From Anolis carolinensis (taxonomy: Eukaryota): a stretch of DNA of 64,000 nucleotides. This document shows, piece after piece, positions 12,926 to 22,390 of this stretch. The stretch covers positions 47,351,636-47,415,635 of the forward strand of contig NC_085841.1 of NCBI RefSeq assembly GCF_035594765.1, given 5' to 3'. Both the position numbers and the translations under genes were made by a program. Under the pieces are notes generated by a model. That model had not been told where the DNA came from. It made no database searches and worked only from the letters and a program-made list of their open reading frames with translations. Within the stretch, counting starts at the first letter, position 1, and each line of letters starts with the position of its first letter.

Positions 12926-13029
12926 AGAGAATACTTCTGGAACATGGCCACACAGCCCGAAAGACATACAACAACCCCTTGATTTACTTGCTCTTCCAGG
13001 CTGCTTATGGCAAAAGGAACCTTTGTATG

Positions 13030-13192
13030 TTTTTATTGCTGTGTTTCTCAAGTGTTTTATAATGATTGTGATTTTTAATGCCTTTTAAATTTATTTGTGT
13101 GTTTTTGTATTTGATATTATTGTATGTTGGTTTTATATCTGTAAGCCGCCCTGAGTCCCTCTGGGGAGATGGTGGCGGGGTACAAAAATAAA

Positions 13193-13246
<54 letters not shown>
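13030..13246 (+). mobile_element. L2-type LINE 3' end with (TTA)n tail
   Basis: tgtaagccgccctgagtccctctggggagatggtggcggggtacaaaaataaa then (tta)n at 13194-13246. Similar ends at ~14447-14510 (+), 21830-21890 (-), 27930-27985 (+), 40460-40510 (+), 53890-53960 (+), 57150-57210 (-). Confidence 0.7.
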
Positions 13247-13247
<1 letters not shown>

Positions 13248-15716
13248 TAACAAGAAATGAACAAGAGGTTGGCTCCCACTAACTTCCTGTTATAAAAGCA
13301 GACCCTCCTGGTCCTAAAGCATCCTGGAGTGGAATATATAACTAATTGTCTGGACATCTACTAGAGGTCTTTCGGGATAGATTTCATTTTTCTTATCTTT
13401 TTTTGCATAGGCGAGCTTTCTGGGAAGTAATGCAGCACCCTAATTCTTGACAGTTGCCCATTTTAGGAGGGCGAAAATGGATAATTTGGGTTATCTCCCC
13501 ATCCGGTTTTAGACTAGGGAGGTCTTCCCTCCCCCCAATAAAGTCAAACCAGATGTAATTTCAACTTTTATTTAAAAAGGAAGTCAAGATGTCAACCCTT
13601 CCCTGTCCCATGCATTTAAATCTGCTGGATTGACACTTTCGCCTCACTTTAGCACTGATGATGGCACATAGCAGTACAAATGAAGCATCAAGCCACCATT
13701 TGGGAATGCCACAAAAAGGTATGTAACAGAGAACAGCAGTGGCATCCAGGAGTATTAGCCAGGAAGCTCCCTTGCTGCCCACTCCAAACATTTGAGAGGT
13801 CTGCCTCATTCAGCTTCCTGGAAGAGCTGGCATTGTTTTTAGTGCTGGCAGTTTTGGAACTGCCATTTTGGAGGGAGACCTTCTGTGCTTAAACTATAAG
13901 CCACCCAGTTTAGTTTGGAAATCATCTGGAGCCTGCCACAAAAGAAAGCTTGGATATAAAAGGAAAGTAGAAATAATTCCGAAGTCCTATAAACATTTTT
14001 TAAGCCTGTGTTCCTTCAATCTATTGCGCAATTTTTTACTTCCCCAACTAATAGGGACTTTTGGTGCAGCGTCACTGAAAGCAAATATCCCCTGCAAACT
14101 AATATGCATTATCACCCTGCAAGGCCAGCTCAAATGATTTTGACATTCAAGGCAGAAAATCGAGATGAGCTTAAGAGACATTTGGCACATTACAATTTGA
14201 TGCCCTTGAATGACACTCAATAACCAATGTATGATGTAACCATTTCACTCAGCTTCCTGGTAGGACCAAGGTATGCCTGCCACTCTGGAGAACTAGTAAC
14301 TCCAGATGTTGGCTCCAAAAACCCTACTAAAAGATGACAGCTTTCTTATGGCATCTGGATAGCTGACCTCTCTCCTGACGAAATGATATGTGAAATTATG
14401 AAGGTGTGACCAAGAAGAAGAAATGATGCCCATCAACATTTAGAATGTAAGCCACCCCAAGTCCCTTTGGAGAGATGGTGGTAGGGTATAAAAATTAAGT
14501 TATTATTATTAAATGTAGGCAAGAGACCAGGCTATAGTCTGGTTCTACCATTAGGGAAAGGGAGGCATTGGAATAAAAAGCTATGAATGCTAATGCACTA
14601 GCCTTGCCTTTGCTAAGATGTGTCCAGATATGGCATAGTATTTCACTGGCAGTGTGGTAAGATGTAATTCTCACTCTAGTCCTGTTCTATATGTGGAGTT
14701 GCTTGGGGCATTTTGTCTACTTCAGGCAGCAACTAGCAGAGCTTGGCCTTAAGCAGGAAAATTCAACCCTGCCAAGATGCCCTTTAAGAGGAGGCCATCC
14801 CCTCTGTAAGGATCTCATTGCTGGAAAAAAAAACCTTTCACATTTATAGATGGCTACAAAATAGAGACAGAGACAGATATGCAGGAAGAGTCCAAGGGGG
14901 TTAATACAGGCTCTAATCTGACCTCAAACAGTTTGTGACTTTGTGTAGAAAGGAAGATCAACTGCAGCTTGCAGTAGAGCTACATTTTTTCTTCTTAAAT
15001 AAGGAAAATTCTGTCTATAACACCCCCAGCGACTCAGCTGTACAGTGATCAAAACAGCAATCAATTCCTTCAATGCTAAGACTTCAGTGCAAAGAATAAA
15101 CACTCTTAATAACAGACTCATTTCCCACCACCCGGTTCCCATGCCGCTGAAATGTATATTCCCCATTACCTCCAGGTAGCTCGAATCTGTTTCAAGCACT
15201 GGGAGAAAAATGTTTTACTGCGCTATTTTAAGACAGGGACTGGCTGATGGGAGTTCAATTATTTCAGGAAATGTATTTGGGTTGGGTAGGGAGAGTCGAA
15301 ACTTAACTGAACTATTCTGCTTCATCGGTTTCTGTAAGGTAAGGCACTTCTTGATTAATATTTTAACAGCCTTGGTTACATTGTCTGCATATCTTTGCCT
15401 TTTCTTTCTTTCTTTTCTTAAAAAGGGAGCTTTATGAATATCTCAGTGCAAATGGGGAAATTAAGCATTTGTTTCTGAAAGACATTTTGATTTAATACGG
15501 CTTCCTTCCCCAATTCGAATGTGGAATAGAAAATGTAAGTGCATGGGAAGAGGAAAAGAGAGTTGTCCAAGGAAAGCGCATTCTCTTGATCTGTGGAAAA
15601 CAAATAGAAGATCTGACGGACTGCTGGATAGTAGGATGCTTCCACTCAGGACGACAGACAAAAACAATCTGGCATCCATATCTTGAGGATTTAAGTCTCT
15701 AGGCAACATTCAGAAA

Positions 15717-15910
15717 AAATATAAGGCAAACTTTGAACCTCCAGGTGTTTTGGACTTCAACACCCACAATCCCTAACAGCCTCAGGCCCCTTCCTTTCCC
15801 CTCTCAGCAGCTTAAGCAGCTGAGGGGGGAAAGGAAGGGGTCTGAGGCTGTTAGGGATTGTGGGAGTTGAAGACCAAAACACCTGGAGGGCCAAAGTTTG
15901 CCCATGTGTG
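15717..15910. mobile_element. Fully palindromic hAT/Charlie-like MITE
   Basis: Imperfect ~95-bp arms centred on CTTAAG (15811-15816). Ends ggcaaacttt ... aaagtttgcccatg. Confidence 0.75.
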
Positions 15911-16409
15911 ATCTAAACCATCTTGGGAAAGTTCATTTTTGGTCTACAGTTTTTCAGATCTTCAGCCAGCATGGCCAGTGCTGTGGTTCTGGTGGTTGTG
16001 GGATTTGGAGAGTCGCAGTCCAGGAAATGAACTTTTTCAAGCTCACAAAGCAAATGAGCAGCCCAGAGTTCAGACACCGAGGACAATAAACCATGTAGGT
16101 CCCTCCCATGGAGACCTGGGCCACCTTGCTTCTTCTTCTGTGGGCTGGATGTGGTGATTCTCCAGAATTGCCTCCTCGACATTGGCCTCTGAAGGAAGAA
16201 CTAGCTGAAGCAAAAGAGAATAGGACAAAGCAGGTGCTTGACGTTTGCCTTTTCACCAGTAGCCAAGGATGAGAATGCAGGGGCTTGAAGACACACACCA
16301 ACAGTGCTGCAAAAGCGTGGCAAGACACGTGTGTGAATGCGTCCACACATGCAGGTGCAGAACCAGCCACAGTTCAGAACCAGCGTGGAAAACAGACCTG
16401 ACCTGTGTC

Positions 16410-17280
16410 TTCAAGGCCAAGAACAAGCCATGAGAGTAAAGACAAAGATTTACCCAGCGGAAAAGTGTTCTTACCATACATCAAGGGAACCACTGGTCAC
16501 ATAGGGAAGTTGATGAAGAAACACAACGTCTACAGTACCTACAGATCCATTAAGAAAATCCAACACATGCTATGTTCAGCAAAGGACAAGAGGGTCCCTC
16601 TCACCTCTGCAGGAGACTACCGTATACCATGCAGCTGCGTACTAGTCTATATAGGAACCAACAAAAGCAGCATTAACGAATCAAGGAACATGAAAGGCAC
16701 TGCAGACTAAATCAACTAAAGAAGTCAGCCATAGCAGAGCACTTGATGGACCAACCTGGACACAGCATATTATTTGAGAACACAGAAATGCTAACAACCA
16801 CCATATGGCAGACTACACAGATAAGCTACTGAAATCCACAAGCATGTGGACAATTTCAACAGAAAGGAGGAAACCATAAACATGAACAAAATCTGACTAC
16901 AAGTATTAAAAAATTAAAATCAGGGAAGTAAATAATGAACAATTAGAAAACAAAGGAATTGCAGGCATGAAGCAATCAGGGTCAGCCAACACCGCTCAAC
17001 AAAGGATTCCCCCACGCAGTAAGGAGCCACATCTTGAAGGTGAAAGGCTATTCAAAGCTAATCAAGGTGGCCAATTGCAACACCTGCCTCAAACAGACAG
17101 AGTTCTTTTTCCCACCCTGGACTTTTTGCAGATATATAAACTCCACTTGCCTAGTTTCCAACAGATTTCACAACCTCTGAAGATGCCTGCCATATATGCG
17201 GGCGAAACGTCGGGAGAGAATGCTCCTGGAATATGGACATACAGCCCGGAAAACTCGGAGTATCCCAGCGATTCCGGCCT
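16410..17280 (+). mobile_element. Penelope-like element 3' fragment: decayed GIY-YIG endonuclease plus pLTR
   Basis: ORF 16405-16710 has VFLPYIKG...GDYRIPCSCVLVYIGT (GIY...YIG motif), with frameshifts, followed by the pLTR. Confidence 0.9.
17174..17214 (+). ncRNA. Minimal type I hammerhead ribozyme motif (intact)
   Basis: CTGAAGA at 17177-17183, helix II gcctgc/gcgggc, GAAAC at 17204-17208, GTC at 17209-17211, helix I cct/ggg. Confidence 0.75.
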
Positions 17281-18618
17281 GTTTGCTTCCTCGAACTGGT
17301 CCAGAGGGGAGACAGCCCTCCGGTCCAGAGCCCTCCATCTCATTGGCTCCTTTAAAAAACACCCACCCACCCTAACCGGGGCTGAGAGAGAGAAGTCGGG
17401 GGAAGGGTGTGGGCGCAGGCTGGGCTCGGCGACGAACTTCGGGGCCTTTGATTCAGGGAGAGAGAAAGAAGGACGGGCCATAAAGGGGGAAAGTTGCCGC
17501 GAGGCGGGAAAAGAGGGCGAATTCCTGAGGCGAGGGCTGAACTGCGTCCGCGGGGGCCAAGGAGGCCCTGACTCCGCCGCCTAAGTGGCAGGCAAGCGCG
17601 AGGGCTGGGCAGGTTTCTTGGCCCCGAGGGGGAGGCCCGAGGAGACCTTCCTCGAGGAAAAGGCGGAGCCCGGCCTGGCCCCGCCCCCCGCCAGCACCGT
17701 CCTTTGCTTTTCAAGTTAAAAGCGCCTTTCCTCCCACCGCCTCGCTCTCCTGCCTGCCTTCCTTCCTTCCCTCGAAGTTGGGGAGGCAGCGCCTGTTTGT
17801 TTTTCGCCCCACCTGCTGGGAAAAGAAGCCACACTCTTTTCTAAAGGGCTGGCGCGGGGCAGAGGCATCTTTCCTCGCCTCAACTTTGGGAGAGAAGAAG
17901 AGCCCAGAGGCGAAGGAGAGCAAGGGACTCCGGCGGGGAAGAGACTCGCCCTCGCTGTCGCCACGGAGTCTCCCCCTCGAAACCAGGAAGCGAAGGAGCC
18001 CCTCTGGCTGCCCCTCCGCCTCATCCGCACGCTCCCGCTTTCTCTCTCTCTCCTGACTCGCTCCTGGGGTTGCAGCCAGAGGCTCATTAGCAGCCGCGAA
18101 GGCCAGGACTCGCTCGCTCTCCAGCTCTCTCCGTGGCGTTTCTCCCCTCAAGTTGGGCACTTTGGGAAGCGGGAGAAAGACTTCAGGCGAGGACTTGACG
18201 TTTCCTCCGGAGTCAAGGCACGGAAGTTTCTCTCTGCCGGGTCGCTTCTACGTCCTCCTCTCGCAACACTCTCCGCTTTGGGGTCTCCATCCTCCTCGCT
18301 TTCCTCCTCCGCGGCGTGCGTGCTTTCTGCCTGCCTGGGCTGGTTTGTTTTCTTCCTGGAGAGGAGCCTGCGAAGCGCCAAAGAAGACGAGCAAGGGACC
18401 GAGACCCTCGGTTTGCCTGCCTTCCTTCCTTGCCCTCTTTCCCGTTTGGACCGCCTCGCTCCCCCTTCCGCTCCGGATCCCTCTTGGCTTTGTGGTCGCG
18501 CTCCTAGAGGCCTCCTTTTGCCTTTCCTTTGCCCCTTCCTCGCTGAAAAGAAATAAATACCTACATTGATTCCTTCCTGGTGGATTGGCTGCTCCGTCGT
18601 CCTCCTCCTCCGCCGGCG

Positions 18619-18636
18619 ATGAAGCTCTCGCCTTGA
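18619..18636 (+). promoter_or_regulatory. Upstream ORF (MKLSP*) ending 2 nt before the main ATG
   Basis: ATG AAG CTC TCG CCT TGA ag ATG. Confidence 0.7.
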
Positions 18637-18638
18637 AG

Positions 18639-18705
18639 ATGGAGACTCTCTGGGTGTTGCTTCTCTCCCTGGTCCCGGCGTGCGCCAAGGGCCAAGGGGT
18701 CTACG
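18639..18705 (+). CDS. MDGA1: First coding exon (signal peptide) of MAM domain-containing GPI-anchor protein 1
   Basis: Strong Kozak aagATGG. METLWVLLLSLVPACAKGQGVY plus 1 nt, then donor G|GTAAGA (phase 1). GQGVY(A) is the hallmark mature N-terminus of MDGA1/2. The 22-residue length and ME...LLL.L.P...GQGVY pattern fit MDGA1 better than MDGA2. Confidence 0.88.
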
Positions 18706-19307
18706 GTAAGAGGGCCAAGGGAAGGGCTTGTTTTCCGGGGAAAGAGAGACAGAGAGACGGGAGGAAAGGGCGGGTCGGGGTTCAGCCACCATCGGATCGG
18801 ATCAAAGTTTCTTTTTCAAAGCACCTGCAGCGGGGATGGGCAGCGGACACGGGACCAGGACCGAGCTCTTCCTGCTCGGCTCGGCTCTCTGTCCCTCCAC
18901 ACAAGGGTCCCCGAGAGCCAGCCTTGTAACCCTTTCCTCCCCTTGGCTCGGAGTCCTCCTCCCTCGCTCGCTTTCCCTGGGAGCAGCGGGTGCTTCGGGG
19001 CTCAGCTGCGGGCGAATAAATCAACCGGTTGTTTGCTTGGCGCGTGTGTGTGTGTTTGGGCGGCGGAGGGAGGGCGAGAGCTGCCTGGGAAAGTCCGCGG
19101 GAGGCAGGCGGCGCGTTTCCTCTCGGCTTCGCTTCTCGTTGAGCTTTGGGCCCCGTCCCCACTCCTCGAAACGGCGCTCAGTGGGCAGCGCGGACTTCTG
19201 TCAAGGTTTCTCGGTGTGTTGGCCAAGGCTTTCATGGCCGGAATCGCTGGGCTGCTGCGAGTATTCCCGGCTGTATGTTCCAGAAAAAAAAACATTCGCT
19301 CCTAACG

Positions 19308-19443
19308 CAGTGGGGTCTCAACTTGGGGTCCCCAGATGTTTTTGGCCTCCAGCTCTCCGAATTCCTAACAGCTGGTAAACTGGCTGGAATTTCTGGGAGT
19401 CGTAGGCCAAAATATCTGGGGACCCACAGGTTGAGAACCACTG
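19308..19443. mobile_element. hAT/Charlie (SPIN-like termini) palindromic MITE
   Basis: CAGTGG..CTCAAC ... GTTGAGAACCACTG. Degenerate TSD cctaacg/cctggcg. Confidence 0.85.
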
Positions 19444-19566
19444 CCTGGCGTTTCGCCCCTATCTATGGCAGGCATCCTCAGAGGTTGAGAGATCTGTTGT
19501 TGGAAGCTAGGCAAGTGGGGTTTACATATCTGTTGAAGGTCCAGGTGGGAGAAAGAACTCTTGTCA

Positions 19567-19715
19567 GGGCCCTTCCACGCAGCCCTATATCCCAGAATAT
19601 CAAGGCAGAAAATCCCACAATGTCTACTTTGAACTGGGTTACGTGAGTCCACACTCAGATAATGTGGGATTTTCTGTCTTGATATTCTGGGATATAGGGC
19701 TGTGTGGAAGGGCCC
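19567..19715. mobile_element. Harbinger-like palindromic MITE
   Basis: TIR GGGCCCTTCCAC ... GTGGAAGGGCCC with long inverted arms. Related pieces at ~39660-39730 and ~59360-59518. Confidence 0.75.
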
Positions 19716-20439
19716 TAGGTTAATGTTGCAATTAATCGTCTTATTAGTATTGAAAAGCCTACCAGCTTCAAAGCCTGAGTGTTTCCTGCTTAGGGGAATC
19801 CTTTGTTGGGAGGTGTTAGCTGATAGAGGTGATGGTTTCATGTCTGGAATCCCTGTTTCCAGAGTGTTGCTCGTTATTCACTGTCCTGATTTTAGAGGTT
19901 GATGGACCAACCTGGACACAGCATATTATTTGAGAACACAGAAATGCTGGACCACTCTAGCAACCACCATGTCGGACTACACAGAGAAGCCAATGAAATC
20001 CACAAGCATGTGGACAATTTCAACAGAAAGGAGGAAACCATGAACATGAACAAAATCTGGCTACCAGTATTTTAAAAAACCCCTCTATAATCAGGACAGT
20101 AAATAAAGAACAATGCTATGAAAACGGGAATTCCAGGCAGGAAACAATCAGGGTCAGCAAACACCTCCCAACGAAGGATTCCCCCTGGCAGGGAGCATCC
20201 AGATTTTGAAACTGCAAGGCTCTTTAATGCTAACCAAGATGATTAATTGCAACATTAACAGACAAGAGTTATTTTTTCCCACCCTGGACTTTCCACAGAT
20301 ACATAAACCTCACTTGCTTAGTTTCCAACAGACCTTACAACCTCTGATAATGCCTGCCATAGATGTGGATGAAAGTTCAGGAGAAAATGCTTCAGGAACA
20401 TGGCTATACAGCCCGGAAAACTGACAGCAACCCAATGCT

Positions 20440-21260
20440 GCTCGACTAGGCGGCGGTCTGGGTTTTTTGCTTGGGTCGCCTTTCCCTTGGGAAGAGGCTG
20501 ACTTGTTGCTGCGCCTTCCTCGCTTCCTTGACTCCTTTGGGTGCTTCCGGGACTGATGGCGAGCGACAGATCATCCCACCTTTGACAAGCCAACCCGCGC
20601 CAGGATTGGCCCCGAGGAGCGGGAACCGGCCTTGAAAGCAACCCGCTCTCTTGATAACATCTGGTCCTGGGAAGAGACAGGAGGGATTTCTTCTCGTATG
20701 AGTCGCTCTTTTTGATTATTATAACGATTATTATAATGACGGCACGGGGGCAAACAAGAAGGAAGGCCGACCCCCTCCCCTTCCCCGCAAACTCCACAGT
20801 CCCCGCTCCGCCTGTCCTCGGGTTGAGATTTTGAAATGAAGCGGGAGGCGGGCGAGCTCCGCAAAGTGGCACCGCGCATGCCCTCTTGGGTCCCTCTCTC
20901 TCTCTCTCGGGAGGCCTGGGGAGAGGGAGGGGAGGACTGCTGGGAGGACTGCTGGGGAGGGGGAGGCTTGGCGTGGCCCCCGCGCTGCCTTTTTAGGAAG
21001 GGAGGTGGGGAGCGGGATGAGCTGTACGAGTCGGCTGGGAAAACATACAGAGAAAGGCGGAAAGACAGACAGACAGACGTCCCTCCGTTTCAAAAGCACC
21101 CGTTTTGCTTGGGAAGCTGCTTTCAGGAGCCTGTCTATCGGACAAAGACTTGTCCCGTTCGGGCAAAGGAGAGCGGGGCAACTTTGGGCACCAACAACCC
21201 GCGGGCTGACTTGGTGACGTCTCGGGGAATGCCATCGTCCATACAATCTGGGTCTAGCCT
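20440..21260. promoter_or_regulatory. Second CpG-rich block in early intron 1
   Basis: High GC and CpG, ATTGG at ~20605, G-run cluster at 20918-21017, TGACGTCT at ~21215. Confidence 0.65.
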
Positions 21261-21469
21261 GGCACATAGTGCAGTTCGAACTACATCAGATGGTCATTGT
21301 AGACGCAGAGTCTGAAGAACAGAACGATACTAATAATTCTTTCAAAAAAAAATTCATGCCTCTCTTCAGAGCTGGAGGTGTTATATGGTTATAGACCCAT
21401 ATAGTGCAATGTGAACTGCATAATATTGTCATTGTAGATCCATAGTGTTTGAACTGCATAGTAGTAGTA

Positions 21470-21789
21470 GTCCTCAGTGACACAGCAGGTTAAACCACTG
21501 AGCTGCTGAACTTGCTGACCAAAAGGTTGGCAGTTCGAATTCAGGGAGTGGGGTGAGCTCCCGCTTTTAGCCCCAGCCTCTGCCAACCTAGCAGTTCGAA
21601 AACATGCAAATGTGAGTAGATCAATAGGTACTGTTCCAGTGGGAAGGTAACAGCACTCCATGCAGTCACGCTGGCCACATGTGTCTACGGACAACACTGG
21701 CTCTTTGGCTTAGAAATGGAGATGAGCACCAGCTCCCGGAGTCGGACACAACTAGACTTAATGTCAGGGGGAAACCTTTAATTTACCTA
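21470..21789 (+). mobile_element. Sauria SINE
   Basis: ggttaaaccactgagctgctgaac...gcagttcgaa head and acctttaatttacc tail. Homologous to 8676-9004. Confidence 0.9.
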
Positions 21790-22214
21790 GTAGTAATAAT
21801 TATCAACATCTTCTCACAGCTTGAAATAAATAATAAATTTTATTTATAGTCCCCCTTATTTCCCCAAAGGGACTCAGGGCAGTTTTCAAACATATGGCAA
21901 CTATTCAATGCCCAAAGAAAACCATACAAAACAGTTTACATCAAGACAACATCATAATAATAAGTCTTTAATTGTACCCTGCCACCATCTTGTGGGGGTG
22001 GGGTGGGGGACTTGGGGCAGCTCACAGAAGCACTATAGTGCCATATATAAACCACAATACACAGTACACAAATCTAAATATATGACATATGTATAAAAAC
22101 AACAATACATATAAAATCCCAATAAAATAGTAAGAATCATAAGATTTCCTAAAATGCAGCAGAACTTGCGAATAAGCTGGCTATCTGCAATAACAAAGTG
22201 AAGAGTGGCACAAT

Positions 22215-22390
22215 TGGGTGGGTCATGTTTTTAAACTCGTTTGAAGGTTGGGGGCTGGTCTAATTTCTTTAGGTAGGGTATTCCAGAGCCGGCAAGCCAC
22301 TACCAAGAAGGCCCTCTTGTTCACTCTCGTTGAGACAGTGATGGGACCAAGAGAAGGGCCTCCCCAGCAGATCTCAATGCCAGCGTAAAG
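22215..22390 (-). mobile_element. L2 LINE ORF2 C-terminal fragment
   Basis: RAFLVVACRLWNTLPKEIRPAPNLQTSLKT resembles the L2 RAFS..AP.LWNSLP motif. Confidence 0.7.

Larger units (their letters stand above)
12738..12978. mobile_element. Palindromic mini-Penelope (two inverted pLTR 3' segments)
   Basis: Perfect 99-bp arms at 12772-12870 and 12879-12977 with an 8-nt loop. Flanking direct repeat TTGATTTACTTG at 12728-12739 and 12979-12990. Confidence 0.92.
17280..19300 (+). promoter_or_regulatory. CpG island: promoter, 5' UTR and first exon of MDGA1
   Basis: Abrupt GC- and CpG-rich block in an AT-rich background. Reverse CCAAT (ATTGG) at ~17342 and ~18584, GC box ccccgcccc at ~17678-17686. The TSS cannot be determined from sequence. 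Confidence 0.85.
19215..20435. mobile_element. Inverted-structure Penelope-like element: minus pLTR 19215-~19899 joined to plus 3' fragment ~19900-20435, with two nested MITEs
   Basis: Both arms align to 16740-17280 in opposite orientations. Hammerhead remnants at 19444-19484 (-, GCC triplet) and 20341-20381 (+, core mutated). Confidence 0.85.

Noticed and set aside
18781-18801. REST/RE1 site (ttcagccaccatcggatcgg)
   Set aside because: Needs insertions and several mismatches relative to TTCAGCACCnnGGACAG.
18585-18929. 114-aa ORF as a single-exon gene or N-terminal extension
   Set aside because: It starts at TTG and reads through the GT donor at 18706 into the intron.
16967-19646. Many overlapping 100-216-aa ORFs on both strands
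   Set aside because: These reflect stop-codon scarcity in a GC-rich island plus transposon sequence. Only 18639-18705 has protein similarity and a splice donor.
20318-21315. ORFs of 102-184 aa in the second GC block
   Set aside because: Low-complexity R/P/G/S-rich translations with no recognisable domain.
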